Assembly: GCA_964574065.1 (NCBI GenBank)
Contig: CAZNKS010000003.1
Coordinates: forward strand, 1 to 42,381
Origin: an uncultured Pseudomonadales bacterium
GTDB lineage: Bacteria > Patescibacteriota > Microgenomatia > UBA1400 > UBA12028
Length of the DNA stretch: 42,381 nucleotides
Direction of reading: 5' to 3'
Shown here piece after piece: positions 1 to 8,596 of this stretch. The notes below the pieces were generated by a model, which saw nothing but the letters and a program-made list of their open reading frames with translations, did not search any database and was not told the origin of the DNA. The position numbers were made by a program, and so were the translations under genes. The first letter of the stretch is position 1. Each line of letters opens with the position of its first letter.

Positions 1-187
1 TGCGGTCGATGACACGCTGTAAACGTCCAATCTCATCGGCTGTTAAATCTTTGGCTCTTTTTTGACCATCGATTCCAGCATCATGCAATACTTCCTCCAC
101 ATTTCCTCTTCCAATTCCGTAGATATAGGTCAGAGAAATACGGGTAATTTTGTTGGCTGGAATGTCAACACCTGCTAAACGTGCCAT
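1..187 (-). CDS. rpsM: 30S ribosomal protein S13 (N-terminal part; gene runs off the left edge)
   Basis: The reverse-strand ATG at 185-187 opens MARLAGVDIPANKITRISLTYIYGIGRGNVEEVLHDAGIDGQKRAKDLTADEIGRLQRVIDR, a typical S13 N-terminus. It lies directly downstream of rpmJ, as in the alpha operon. It is absent from the ORF track because it is truncated. Confidence 0.93.
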   Translation of the reverse strand, partial: MARLAGVDIPANKITRISLTYIYGIGRGNVEEVLHDAGIDGQKRAKDLTADEIGRLQRVIDR

Positions 188-193
188 ACATCT

Positions 194-307
194 TTATCCT
201 TGTCTTTGCTTGTGTCTAGGATTTTTACACACCACAAATAACTTTCCATGACGCTTGAGCGTCTTACAGTCTTTGCAGCGTGGTCGAATACTTGCTTTTA
301 CTTTCAT
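194..307 (-). CDS. rpmJ: 50S ribosomal protein L36 (zinc-ribbon type)
   Basis: My own translation of the reverse strand gives [37 protein letters not shown] followed by a stop (37 aa). It has the CxxC...C...H pattern and sits between infA and rpsM. It is too short for the ORF track. Confidence 0.92.
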   Translation of the reverse strand: MKVKASIRPRCKDCKTLKRHGKLFVVCKNPRHKQRQG

Positions 308-319
308 ATAGATACTCTT

Positions 320-652
320 TTAGGTCACTTGCGATACTGTTTCCTCGCCAATAATAGGTTCTTCTTCCGCTTCAGCTAACTGTGGAGCAGCTACAGGAGC
401 ATGTTTCACTTCTTTCGAACGGAAGGTAATGCGACCTTTGGTGGAGTCATATTGGGTCATTAGGACCTTTACTCCATCACCCGGCATTACTTTAATTTTG
501 TACATCTTCATTTGACCCGAAACCTTGGCAAGAATTGTCTTTGACAACATCTCCGCTGGACCATCTGTAATGGAGATTTTATACGTCATATTGGGAAGGG
601 CTTCCATTACTACCCCTTCGACTTCATATTCGCCTGGTTTTAATCGAGCCAT
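320..652 (-). CDS. infA: Translation initiation factor IF-1 with a roughly 36-38 aa acidic C-terminal extension
   Basis: From the ATG at 650-652, MARLKPGEYEVEGVVMEALPNMTYKISI...KMYKIKVMPGDGVKVLMTQYDSTKGRITFRSK matches the IF-1 S1-fold core. The longer track ORF (to 745) starts at a TTG that lies inside a promoter-like motif. The tail is KEVKHAPVAAPQLAEAEEEPIIGEETVSQVT. Confidence 0.9.
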   Translation of the reverse strand: MARLKPGEYEVEGVVMEALPNMTYKISITDGPAEMLSKTILAKVSGQMKMYKIKVMPGDGVKVLMTQYDSTKGRITFRSKEVKHAPVAAPQLAEAEEEPIIGEETVSQVT

Positions 653-692
653 ATTGTATAAAGATGTATCCTTCTTTCTAATGATTTGGTTA

Positions 693-720
693 CACAACAC
701 AAAAACCTGGATACCAGGTT
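693..720 (-). promoter_or_regulatory. Terminator-like hairpin plus U-tract in the infA leader
   Basis: The minus-strand RNA reads AACCUGG-UAU-CCAGGUU followed by UUUGUGUUGUG (7-bp stem at 714-720/704-710). It lies between the promoter-like motif at 736-764 and the infA ATG. Confidence 0.4.
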
Positions 721-735
721 CGTTTGTGAATTGAA

Positions 736-764
736 ATTGTATCAAAACATCCCGGCTTTCTCAA
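736..764 (-). promoter_or_regulatory. Sigma70-like promoter with extended -10 upstream of infA
   Basis: The minus strand has TTGAGA (764-759), a 17-nt spacer, and TGATACAAT (744-736). Confidence 0.5.
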
Positions 765-839
765 GTATGAGAAATTCCCCGTCTCTTGTACCGTAAAAAC
801 GGTCAAAATGCTAATTTATAGTAAAGGTAAATGAGCTAA

Positions 840-1592
840 CTATCGGGTCAACACCTCTGGTCCGTTAGTGGTGATAAGCACCGTATCTTCAAACATCCCA
901 GTTAAGCTTCTATCTTCCGTTTGGTATGTCCAACCGTCATCTCCCAATACAAGATAGGCATCGCCCATAGCATCCATAACCTCGACACAGATAGTCTGTC
1001 CCTCAAAAAGCTTATGTTTCTTGTCACTTTTGTAGGCCACACAGGGGATTTGAGGATCCTCATGCAGCATCCGACCTATAGCGTGTCCTGTTAGTTGATA
1101 GACAGCACCATATCCCTTTTCTTCAATCGCATCTTGCATAGTTCTACTTATATCGTACACGCTATTTCCAATAATTGCTTTTGCAATTGATTTATCAAGA
1201 ATTTCCCACCCATCAGCAATGAATTGAAGCACTGCAGGATCGGCCTGCTTTTGATCCCCTACGTATATGGTGGCTGTCGTATCGACATGATACCCACCCC
1301 ATACAAGCCCAACGTCAAGCTTGAGGACATCCTCTTCTGCAACTGTATTGTTTTTGGGAACTCCATGGCAACACCCTTCATTCTTGCTAATGCAAGTTGC
1401 CCAGTCGTATCCTGGAACAGTAGAAAAGGATGGGGTCGCCCCTTCCTGTGCGATACGCTCCTGCGCCAAGGCTTCGAGCTTTTCAAAGGAAACACCTGGT
1501 CTGGCTGCTTCAATTAGCGCCTGTTTGACACCGGCAAGTTTTTTGCCGCCGACCCGCATGATGCTGATTCGTTCTTTCTCATGTCTATTCAT
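840..1592 (-). CDS. map: Methionine aminopeptidase, type I
   Basis: The peptidase M24 pattern is present (VCHGVP-like CCHGVPKNN, LKLDVG, GYHVDT, GHAIGRMLHEDP, VEVM). I chose the ATG at 1590-1592 (MNRHEKERISIMR...) over the longer track start. Its position after adk is canonical. Confidence 0.9.
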   Translation of the reverse strand: MNRHEKERISIMRVGGKKLAGVKQALIEAARPGVSFEKLEALAQERIAQEGATPSFSTVPGYDWATCISKNEGCCHGVPKNNTVAEEDVLKLDVGLVWGGYHVDTTATIYVGDQKQADPAVLQFIADGWEILDKSIAKAIIGNSVYDISRTMQDAIEEKGYGAVYQLTGHAIGRMLHEDPQIPCVAYKSDKKHKLFEGQTICVEVMDAMGDAYLVLGDDGWTYQTEDRSLTGMFEDTVLITTNGPEVLTR

Positions 1593-1611
1593 GGCTTTAT
1601 TGTACAAAATA

Positions 1612-1640
1612 CCCCGGATCTTCTTCAAAAAGACCCGGGA
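1612..1640 (-). promoter_or_regulatory. Hairpin between adk and map
   Basis: The minus RNA forms UCCCGGGUC-(11 nt)-GAUCCGGGG, 9 bp including 2 G-U pairs, followed by UAUUUUG. A TACAAT at 1604-1599 lies 6 nt before the map ATG. Confidence 0.3.
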
Positions 1641-1663
1641 TATGAAAATGTACAATCTACAAA

Positions 1664-2212
1664 TTAGGCTCTTTTTTCGAGCTTTTCTATGATTTCTTTA
1701 CTGATATCTTCAATTGACTGTTCACCGTCAATCTCAACTAATTTTCCTTTTTCACGATAAAACTGAATGACTGGCTCTGTCTTCTCATGAAACAATGCGA
1801 TGCGTTTTTTGATTGCATGCAGAGTGTTATCTTCACGAACACCTTCTTCTTCACGGCCTGCAAGTCTCCACAAGGCTTCTTTATCAGAGACCATTAGATA
1901 GATAACTGCTTCCACACCATTTGAGAATGCTTCGGCTTGTGGAACCGTTCGTGGGAATCCGTCCAAAATATATCCTCGCTTATAGGAGGGATGTTTCAGG
2001 TAGGCTTCGATCACAGCGATGGTTTGATCATCTGGCATTAAGGCTCCAGAGTTTAACACTTCCTTCACGTATCGGCCAAGCTTGGTTTTGGCTTTGGCCA
2101 TCTCACGGAAGATGTGCCCGGATGAAAGATATGGAATACCCAACTTTTCTGAAAGAATATTCCCCTGGGTTGATTTACCGGCACCCTGGATACCGATCAA
2201 AATTAATTTCAT
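1664..2212 (-). CDS. adk: Adenylate kinase, short-lid type (no zinc LID insertion)
   Basis: It has the P-loop GIQGAGKSTQG, and the GFPRT and RxDD-like (REDN) motifs. At 182 aa it is short, with a brief LID segment RLAGREEEGVREDNTLHAIKKR. It sits in the canonical secY-adk-map position. Confidence 0.93.
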   Translation of the reverse strand: MKLILIGIQGAGKSTQGNILSEKLGIPYLSSGHIFREMAKAKTKLGRYVKEVLNSGALMPDDQTIAVIEAYLKHPSYKRGYILDGFPRTVPQAEAFSNGVEAVIYLMVSDKEALWRLAGREEEGVREDNTLHAIKKRIALFHEKTEPVIQFYREKGKLVEIDGEQSIEDISKEIIEKLEKRA

Positions 2213-2274
2213 ATACCTGTATCTGATTACTCAGATGTATCTAGTTGTACATTAACCTCGCACGCACGAGATCA

Positions 2275-2306
2275 GTAGGAAGAAGAAATTATTTTCTCCT
2301 TTCTAC
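2275..2306 (-). promoter_or_regulatory. Long imperfect hairpin in the 111-nt secY-adk spacer
   Basis: The minus RNA forms GUAGAAAGGAGAAA-AUAA-UUUCUUCUUCCUAC: a 14-position stem with one mismatch and one G-U. There is no U-tract. Two further short hairpins follow at about 2259-2274 and 2221-2238. Confidence 0.35.
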
Positions 2307-2323
2307 TAACACCGTTTGGTTTT

Positions 2324-3598
2324 TTATTCTGCGAATTTATCGTAGTTTTGTGTCACCATCAGAGCTTGTATTTGTTTCACAGTTTCAAGAACCACAGAAA
2401 CAACGATGAGTAATCCTGTTCCACCGATTGTCAGAGCTGCATTGCCAGTAAGACGACTTGCAACTGATGGCAGGATTGCGATCACACCTAAATACAATGC
2501 TCCTGCAAGCGTAATGCGGGTAACGATAAATGAGATCAAGACTGCAGTTGGTTTTCCGGGACGCACTCCGGGGACATATGCACCACTTTTCTTTAATTCT
2601 TCAGCCAGATCTTCGGGATCAAAGAAAACAGCGGTTGAGAAGTACGTGAAAGCAAATACCATGATGAAATAAAAGACTTCATAATACAGTCCACCTGGTT
2701 GGAAGTTGGCAATAATCCAAGAGGAGATTGCTTTGATCTGATCGTTTGGAACTTGCAGTCCAAGCCGAGCTGCAAAGGATGGAATCAGTACCAATGAAAC
2801 TGCAAACATAATGGGCAATACGCCTGCTTGATTAATACGTAGCGGTAAATACGTACTCGCAATCCCGTACACCGATTGTCCTCGAGTTCGACGAGCAGAT
2901 TGGAGATGCACCCGTCGGATTGCTTCAGTCATATAGACTATACTTGCAATAACGAGAACCGCCAGGAAAGCAAATAGTCCTGTTTGAATGAGTGCTGTTT
3001 GAGACAAGGTGAAGGCTTGCGCTGCCGTCAAAGGGAGTTGTCCAACGATACCGGCAAAAATCACCATCGAGATACCATTCCCAATTCCATACAAGGTAAT
3101 TAACTCTCCCAGCCACATAAGTAGCATCGTCCCTGCAACGAGAGTAAAGATCATCGCAACGATCTTCATGGGGTCATTGGTTAGAATGAGCTTTTGGCTA
3201 TTTAACAACAGTAATACCGAAATACTCTGGATAACGGCCAAAGGAAGAGCTAAAAAACGTGTGTACTGGTTTATCATCTCTCGTCCTGATTCACCTTCTT
3301 TCGAAATCTCTTTGAGCTTGGGAATAAGCATCGTTGCCAATTGCATCACGATTGAGGCTGTGATGTATGGATTGATACCAATTGCCATAACTGAAAAGTT
3401 AGCCAGAGTTCCACCAGAAAAGATGTTTAGTAATCCTAAGAGTTGGTTTCCAGCAAAGAAACTTTTAAGTTGCGCAGTATCAACCGCAGGAACAGGAATG
3501 TGAGCAAAAAGTCTAAATACTAGGAAAATAAGTAGAGTGAATCCTATACGCCGTAAAAGTTCTTTATTAGAGAAAAATTGTGAAAGAAACTTGCGCAT
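2324..3598 (-). CDS. secY: Preprotein translocase subunit SecY
   Basis: This is a 424-aa multi-pass membrane protein with a typical SecY N-terminus ([25 protein letters not shown]) and the canonical position after rplO. Confidence 0.95.
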   Translation of the reverse strand: MRKFLSQFFSNKELLRRIGFTLLIFLVFRLFAHIPVPAVDTAQLKSFFAGNQLLGLLNIFSGGTLANFSVMAIGINPYITASIVMQLATMLIPKLKEISKEGESGREMINQYTRFLALPLAVIQSISVLLLLNSQKLILTNDPMKIVAMIFTLVAGTMLLMWLGELITLYGIGNGISMVIFAGIVGQLPLTAAQAFTLSQTALIQTGLFAFLAVLVIASIVYMTEAIRRVHLQSARRTRGQSVYGIASTYLPLRINQAGVLPIMFAVSLVLIPSFAARLGLQVPNDQIKAISSWIIANFQPGGLYYEVFYFIMVFAFTYFSTAVFFDPEDLAEELKKSGAYVPGVRPGKPTAVLISFIVTRITLAGALYLGVIAILPSVASRLTGNAALTIGGTGLLIVVSVVLETVKQIQALMVTQNYDKFAE

Positions 3599-3636
3599 GG
3601 TATACCCTTTTTCGGTGACGAGTAAACGGAAAGATC

Positions 3637-3645
3637 ATTGTATCA
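3637..3645 (-). promoter_or_regulatory. Possible extended -10 element upstream of secY
   Basis: The minus strand reads TGATACAAT, the same 9-mer as upstream of infA. It lies 38 nt before the secY ATG. There is no convincing -35. Confidence 0.3.
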
Positions 3646-3670
3646 GATTTTTATTATTGTTCTGATGTAA

Positions 3671-4108
3671 TTATTCGTTCATTCGTCCCCCAGCCTTTTC
3701 AATTGAGGCTTTGGCTGCTTGAGTCAGTTGTACTCCACGAACTTCACCGATATTTTCAAGTTCTGCACTTCCAACCAGCTTCACAGTAGTATGTGCATTT
3801 TTGATAAATCCATTTGCAACTAAGGTCTCTGGAGTAACATCTTGTCCGTTCATTTTTGAAAGACGAGCTACATTAATCGCGAGGGCTTTTGGACTGACCG
3901 GATCGAAATGTGCTTTTCCACGAATGTAGGGTAAACGCTTGATCAATGGAAGTTGTCCACCTTCAAACCACAAGGGAGTTTTTCCACCTTGGCGAGACAA
4001 GTGTCCTTTCGCTCCACGGCCAGCAGTGTGTCCACCTTTTCCCGAACCGATTCCTCGACCTGGGCGTTTTGCGGATCTAGTAGTCAATTTAACAAGTGTA
4101 TGTAACAT
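3671..4108 (-). CDS. rplO: 50S ribosomal protein L15
   Basis: It contains a Gly/Arg-rich N-terminus (RPGRGIGSGKGGHTAGRGAKG) and sits between rpsE and secY. Confidence 0.95.
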   Translation of the reverse strand: MLHTLVKLTTRSAKRPGRGIGSGKGGHTAGRGAKGHLSRQGGKTPLWFEGGQLPLIKRLPYIRGKAHFDPVSPKALAINVARLSKMNGQDVTPETLVANGFIKNAHTTVKLVGSAELENIGEVRGVQLTQAAKASIEKAGGRMNE

Positions 4109-4122
4109 ATAAGTTCACCGTA

Positions 4123-4818
4123 CTATTTTTGTTCGTCTTTCAATCTTTCGACTTTCTCTGTTTTCACTTCTGTCTTTGGAGCAACTTTTTTCACTGGAGG
4201 TTTACGTCCAGCTCGCTTTGCATCAAATTTTGGTTTTGCTGTCTTTTCTTCTTTTTGAGCAGTGGCTGCAGCTTTCTTATCCAATTTGCGTAGTTTTGCT
4301 CTTTCTTCTTCCTCGACTTGAACGATTGATTTTAAGGTAATTCCTTTGTGCTCAACCAAGCGACTAATTTGCTTTAAAGCTTCAAACGTTGCGTACACGT
4401 TACTAGCTTTATTGTTTGACCCTTTAATCTTACTTGAGATATCTCGGATCCCAGCGGCATCAACAACACTACGAATAGGTCCACCTGCAATAATTCCACT
4501 TCCCTTTGGGGCTGGCTTTAACATGATGGAGGCGGCTCCACGCTTGACGTCAATTGGGAATGGAATAGTTGTTCCATTCATTGGGACTGAAATCAATTTA
4601 CGTTTGGCTCGCTTGACACCCTTGCGAATTGCTGACAAAACATCGTTTGCTTTTCCAAGGCCAACTCCAACTCGACCTTTTTTATCACCGACAACCATTA
4701 ACACAGAAAAACCCATTTTGTTTCCACCTTTTGTCTTTTTCGACACACGGGAAACTTGAACAACTTTTTCATCGAATTCTTTTGCTTCTTGTGGTGTATG
4801 TGCTTGATTTGGATTCAT
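4123..4818 (-). CDS. rpsE: 30S ribosomal protein S5 with a Lys-rich C-terminal tail
   Basis: The S5 core is present (VSRVSKKTKGGNKMGFSVLMVVGD...GSGIIAGGPIRSV). It is followed by a tail of roughly 65 aa rich in K, E and A. Confidence 0.95.
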   Translation of the reverse strand: MNPNQAHTPQEAKEFDEKVVQVSRVSKKTKGGNKMGFSVLMVVGDKKGRVGVGLGKANDVLSAIRKGVKRAKRKLISVPMNGTTIPFPIDVKRGAASIMLKPAPKGSGIIAGGPIRSVVDAAGIRDISSKIKGSNNKASNVYATFEALKQISRLVEHKGITLKSIVQVEEEERAKLRKLDKKAAATAQKEEKTAKPKFDAKRAGRKPPVKKVAPKTEVKTEKVERLKDEQK

Positions 4819-4832
4819 AGTTCACTTTACTT

Positions 4833-5189
4833 TTACATCTCAATACCAGATTCTCTCACAACATCAGCAATTGCCTTTACTCGACCGTGGTACCGATAGC
4901 TTCCACGATCAAAAACAAGTTTACTGATTCCTTTTTTCTTCAAATCTGCAGCCAATTTCTTGGCAAGTTCAACAGCTTCTTCCATTTTGGTAAGCGTACT
5001 GTCTGTTTTAGTCATTTTGCTGTTTGCAGCAGCAAGAGTGAGTCCCTTACTATCGTCAATGACTTGCAAATAGGTAGTCACATTAGAACGAAAGACAGTG
5101 AGTCGTGGTCGTTCTTCGGTTCCTCGCACTTTGCGACGGACACGGATCATTCTTCTCTCTTTGGTTGTTATGTTGTGATTCACTTTCAT
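4833..5189 (-). CDS. rplR: 50S ribosomal protein L18
   Basis: It contains RPRLTVFRSN...FDRGSYRYHGRVKA and occupies the expected spc-cluster position. Confidence 0.95.
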   Translation of the reverse strand: MKVNHNITTKERRMIRVRRKVRGTEERPRLTVFRSNVTTYLQVIDDSKGLTLAAANSKMTKTDSTLTKMEEAVELAKKLAADLKKKGISKLVFDRGSYRYHGRVKAIADVVRESGIEM

Positions 5190-5220
5190 AAATTCCCTAT
5201 TACCTTATTCGCTACAGAAG

Positions 5221-5772
5221 TTATTTTGCACCAGCTGCCTTTGCAGCTTTCCCTGCCTTACGGCGGACTACTTCATCTTCGTAACGAATTCCTTTGCCCT
5301 TGTATGGCTCTGGAGGTCGTACATCTCGAATGTTGGCTGCTACTTGTCCAACTAATCTCTTATCAATACCTTTAATTGTAATTTTATTGTTTCCTTCGAT
5401 TGCAAACTGAATTCCAGCTGGAGGAACAACTTCCACTGGATGAGAAAATCCAACTGATAGTGTTAATCCTTGTCCCTTCATGGCAACACGGTATCCGGTT
5501 CCAACCATTTCAAGCTTCTTTTCAAAACCTTGCGTAACACCTGTTACCATGTTGGCAACTAAACTTCGAATCAAGCCGTGTGCTGCTCGCTGTGCTGGTA
5601 AATCGTTGTCACGAGTTACAGTCACTGTGCCGCTCTCAACAGTAACAGTAATTCCTGGCATTGCTTGTGCTGATAGTTCACCCTTTGGCCCCTTCACAAC
5701 AATGGTGTCAGGGTTGACAGTAATTGTTACTCCAGCAGGTACACTAATTAGTTGGCGTCCAATTTTTGACAT
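5221..5772 (-). CDS. rplF: 50S ribosomal protein L6
   Basis: The N-terminus is MSKIGRQLISVPAGVTITV..., it carries the C-terminal PYKGKGIRYEDE motif, and it sits in the expected position. Confidence 0.95.
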   Translation of the reverse strand: MSKIGRQLISVPAGVTITVNPDTIVVKGPKGELSAQAMPGITVTVESGTVTVTRDNDLPAQRAAHGLIRSLVANMVTGVTQGFEKKLEMVGTGYRVAMKGQGLTLSVGFSHPVEVVPPAGIQFAIEGNNKITIKGIDKRLVGQVAANIRDVRPPEPYKGKGIRYEDEVVRRKAGKAAKAAGAK

Positions 5773-5784
5773 ACTCGTTTTGCT

Positions 5785-6177
5785 TTACCAAACTTGGCAA
5801 AGTACTTCTCCACCGATATTTCGTTTCTTTGCAGACTTATCATCCATCACACCCTGGCTTGTCGACACAATGGTAATTCCGTATCCACCCAAAGTTCGAT
5901 GAATATCTTCTACTCCGGTATACAAACGGCGACCTGGTTTACTCACACGCTTCACGTTTGTAAGAGCTGGGTGACGGCCAATGTAAGAAAGAGTTAACAC
6001 TAAATCCTTCTTGGCACCATTTTCACTAAGCTCAACACCAGAAATGTACTTGTGTTCCATCAGTACGTTGGCGATAGCTTCCTTCACCTTTGAATATGGA
6101 ACGATAACTGTCTCTTTGCGAGAAAGGTATGCGTTCTTTATTCTGGTGAGCATGTCTGCGATTGGGTCAGTGATCAT
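5785..6177 (-). CDS. rpsH: 30S ribosomal protein S8
   Basis: It starts MITDPIADMLTRIKNA and ends GGEVLCQVW. Confidence 0.96.
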   Translation of the reverse strand: MITDPIADMLTRIKNAYLSRKETVIVPYSKVKEAIANVLMEHKYISGVELSENGAKKDLVLTLSYIGRHPALTNVKRVSKPGRRLYTGVEDIHRTLGGYGITIVSTSQGVMDDKSAKKRNIGGEVLCQVW

Positions 6178-6200
6178 ATATAAAACTTAAATTAAAAAAA

Positions 6201-6392
6201 CTAAAAACTTCCCTTGGTTACTCCTGGGAGTTCGCCTTTCGCAGCGAGCTCTCTAAAACACAAACGACAAATTCCAAAGTATCTCATGTATCCGCGAGGA
6301 CGGCCACACAATTTACAGCGATTCTTGCGACGGGTCATAAAACCCTTTACATTTGCACGTTGTGTCTTAATGATTTTACTTGTCTTTGCCAT
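6201..6392 (-). CDS. rpsN: 30S ribosomal protein S14, short zinc-binding (type Z) form
   Basis: It is 63 aa with CKLCGRPRG...CRLCFRE (CxxC...CxxC), and it lies between rplE and rpsH. Confidence 0.95.
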   Translation of the reverse strand: MAKTSKIIKTQRANVKGFMTRRKNRCKLCGRPRGYMRYFGICRLCFRELAAKGELPGVTKGSF

Positions 6393-6406
6393 AGTAGTTT
6401 TGTGTC

Positions 6407-6952
6407 TTACTTTTCAAATGGCATACCTAAGAGCTCAAGCAATTTCATTGCTTCTTCTCTAGAGTCTGCTTTATTCACGATAGTAATTTGTAATCCTGAT
6501 ACTTTTGCGATTTGATCGTAGTTAATTTCTGGGAATACGATCTGTTCTGTCAATCCTAAGTTATAGTTTCCAACACTATCCATATGTGATTTTGCAACAC
6601 CTTGGAAGTCTTTCACACGAGGAAGAACGATGGAAATTAATTTATCCATGAATTCCCACATGCGGTTTCCGCGAAGGGTTACACTCACACCAACTGGATC
6701 ACCCTGACGCATCTTAAAACCTGCAATTGATTTCTTGGCTTTACAGATCTTTGGTTTCTGACCAGTAATGATCGAAAGTTGGCTTACCCAAGATTCAATA
6801 ATCTTATTGGTATCAGCATTTTCTTTCTTGCTCACACCAACGTTCACCACAATCTTGACCGGCTTGGCGACGGACATGATATTGGTTTTATTAAACTCAG
6901 TTTCCAGTTGTTTAATAACTTGATCTTGGTATTTCTGTTGTAATCGGTTCAT
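6407..6952 (-). CDS. rplE: 50S ribosomal protein L5
   Basis: It contains the L5 core motifs ([34 protein letters not shown]) in the expected position. Confidence 0.95.
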   Translation of the reverse strand: MNRLQQKYQDQVIKQLETEFNKTNIMSVAKPVKIVVNVGVSKKENADTNKIIESWVSQLSIITGQKPKICKAKKSIAGFKMRQGDPVGVSVTLRGNRMWEFMDKLISIVLPRVKDFQGVAKSHMDSVGNYNLGLTEQIVFPEINYDQIAKVSGLQITIVNKADSREEAMKLLELLGMPFEK

Positions 6953-6963
6953 ACATTTAAATC

Positions 6964-7266
6964 TTACATTTCTTTGCCTGTTTTCTTAAAAATTCTCACT
7001 TTTTTTCCATCGGTAACTTTGTATCCCACGCGATCAATCTTCCCAGTGTCTGGGTTCATGATTGCGACTTTGCCAGTTGCCAAAGGTCGCTCGCGTTTAA
7101 TCTTTTCTCCGGCTCTTCCTTGAAGAGGTTTTACATGTTTAACATACATGTTTACACCTTCGACCAAGACCTTTTCCTCTTTGGGATAGACCTTGATTAC
7201 TTTGCCGTGTTTGCCTTTGTCTTTTCCGGCTGTTACTTGGACGTTGTCACCTACTTTAAATTTCAT
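6964..7266 (-). CDS. rplX: 50S ribosomal protein L24
   Basis: It has the KOW motif KVGDNVQVTAGKDKGKHGKV in the expected position. Confidence 0.95.
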   Translation of the reverse strand: MKFKVGDNVQVTAGKDKGKHGKVIKVYPKEEKVLVEGVNMYVKHVKPLQGRAGEKIKRERPLATGKVAIMNPDTGKIDRVGYKVTDGKKVRIFKKTGKEM

Positions 7267-7272
7267 AGTCGT

Positions 7273-7647
7273 TTAGAGCACTTCCTGTGCCAAAGATGCA
7301 ATTTTATCAAACCCTAATTCTTTAATCTCACGAGCAACCGGACCAAAAATTCGGCTTCCGCGTGGAAGTTTGCCTTTGATACTGTCAATTACTACTGCGG
7401 CGTTATCATCAAAGCGAATAAAGCTTCCATCTTTTCTACGTACTTCTTTCCGAGTACGTACAACAACTGCCTTGACCATCTCGCCTTTTTTAACTTGACC
7501 AGTAGTCGTGGCGTCAATTACAGAAGCTGTAACGATGTCTCCAATTGTGCCTTTCACGTGGCGGCTGCCACCATGAATATGGAGAACTCGCATTCGACGT
7601 GCTCCTGAGTTGTCTGCTGATTCCAAAACACTTCTAAGCTGTACCAT
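7273..7647 (-). CDS. rplN: 50S ribosomal protein L14
   Basis: It contains DNSGAR...RFDDNAAV...GPVAREI. Confidence 0.96.
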   Translation of the reverse strand: MVQLRSVLESADNSGARRMRVLHIHGGSRHVKGTIGDIVTASVIDATTTGQVKKGEMVKAVVVRTRKEVRRKDGSFIRFDDNAAVVIDSIKGKLPRGSRIFGPVAREIKELGFDKIASLAQEVL

Positions 7648-7679
7648 GTCTTGATCGGGTTACAAAGCTCCCGCTCCTT

Positions 7680-7961
7680 TTACTTCTTTTTTGCTTTTGA
7701 TTTCTCTTTTTTCACAGGCTTCTTGGTTTCTACAACCAAGGTTCCTGCCTTCACTACTTCTTCAACCCTAAAGTGCTTCGTTGCACTTAAAGGTCTGCAT
7801 TCAGAAATTACAACTTCATCTCCCACCTTTGTGCCAATTTCATCTTGGCAGGCAAAGGTCTTACTAATACGAACTTTCTTCAAATATTTTGGGTGCATCC
7901 ACGCGAGAGACACTTTGGTGTGGTTGCTCGAACGACTGATCCCGTAAATTTTTTCATACAT
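7680..7961 (-). CDS. rpsQ: 30S ribosomal protein S17 with a short Lys-rich tail
   Basis: It contains the S17 core VGDEVVISECRPLSATKHFRV and lies between rpmC and rplN. Confidence 0.9.
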   Translation of the reverse strand: MYEKIYGISRSSNHTKVSLAWMHPKYLKKVRISKTFACQDEIGTKVGDEVVISECRPLSATKHFRVEEVVKAGTLVVETKKPVKKEKSKAKKK

Positions 7962-7967
7962 TCATCT

Positions 7968-8174
7968 TTATGCGTTTACTTTTTGTTTCTCACTAATAAT
8001 TGTTTTCACAACTGCCAGATTTTTGTGCAAAGTTGTTAACAACTTCACATTTTTGAGTCTTCCGACTCGAAACTGCATTTTTGAAACTGCATATTCTTTT
8101 TGCAAAGAATTTACTTTTTCTTGTAATGCTTGAACATCTAAATCTCGTAGTGCTTTTTTATCGTTCATTTTCAT
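7968..8174 (-). CDS. rpmC: 50S ribosomal protein L29
   Basis: It is a 68-aa helical protein (ALRDLDVQALQEKVNSLQKE) between rplP and rpsQ. Confidence 0.9.
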   Translation of the reverse strand: MKMNDKKALRDLDVQALQEKVNSLQKEYAVSKMQFRVGRLKNVKLLTTLHKNLAVVKTIISEKQKVNA

Positions 8175-8176
8175 AC

Positions 8177-8584
8177 TTATTCTTTAACCACAAACACTGT
8201 TTTTACTGGAATCTTGTGTGCAGCCTTGCGAAGTGCTTCGCGTGCGACATCTTCCTTTACACCACCTAATTCAAACAAAACTCTTCCTGGTTTAATTACT
8301 GCCACATACTCTTTCACATCGCCTTTTCCACCACCCATTTTGACGTTTCCTGGTTTTTGCGTAATTGGTTTATCTGGGAAAATGCGAATCCACATTTTTC
8401 CAAGACGCTTTGTGTGATGCGTAATCGTACGTCGAGCAGCTTCAATTTGGCGAGCTGAAAACCATCCGCATTCAACAGCCTTGAGTCCGAACTCTCCGAA
8501 CGCAACATCTGCGCCACGTGTGGAAAGTCCAGCCATGCGACCTTTAAAATTCTTGCGATATTTCATTTTCTTTGGCTGCAACAT
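8177..8584 (-). CDS. rplP: 50S ribosomal protein L16
   Basis: It starts [15 protein letters not shown] and contains ARQIEAARR. Confidence 0.96.
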   Translation of the reverse strand: MLQPKKMKYRKNFKGRMAGLSTRGADVAFGEFGLKAVECGWFSARQIEAARRTITHHTKRLGKMWIRIFPDKPITQKPGNVKMGGGKGDVKEYVAVIKPGRVLFELGGVKEDVAREALRKAAHKIPVKTVFVVKE

Positions 8585-8596
8585 ATCTGTTTTCCG

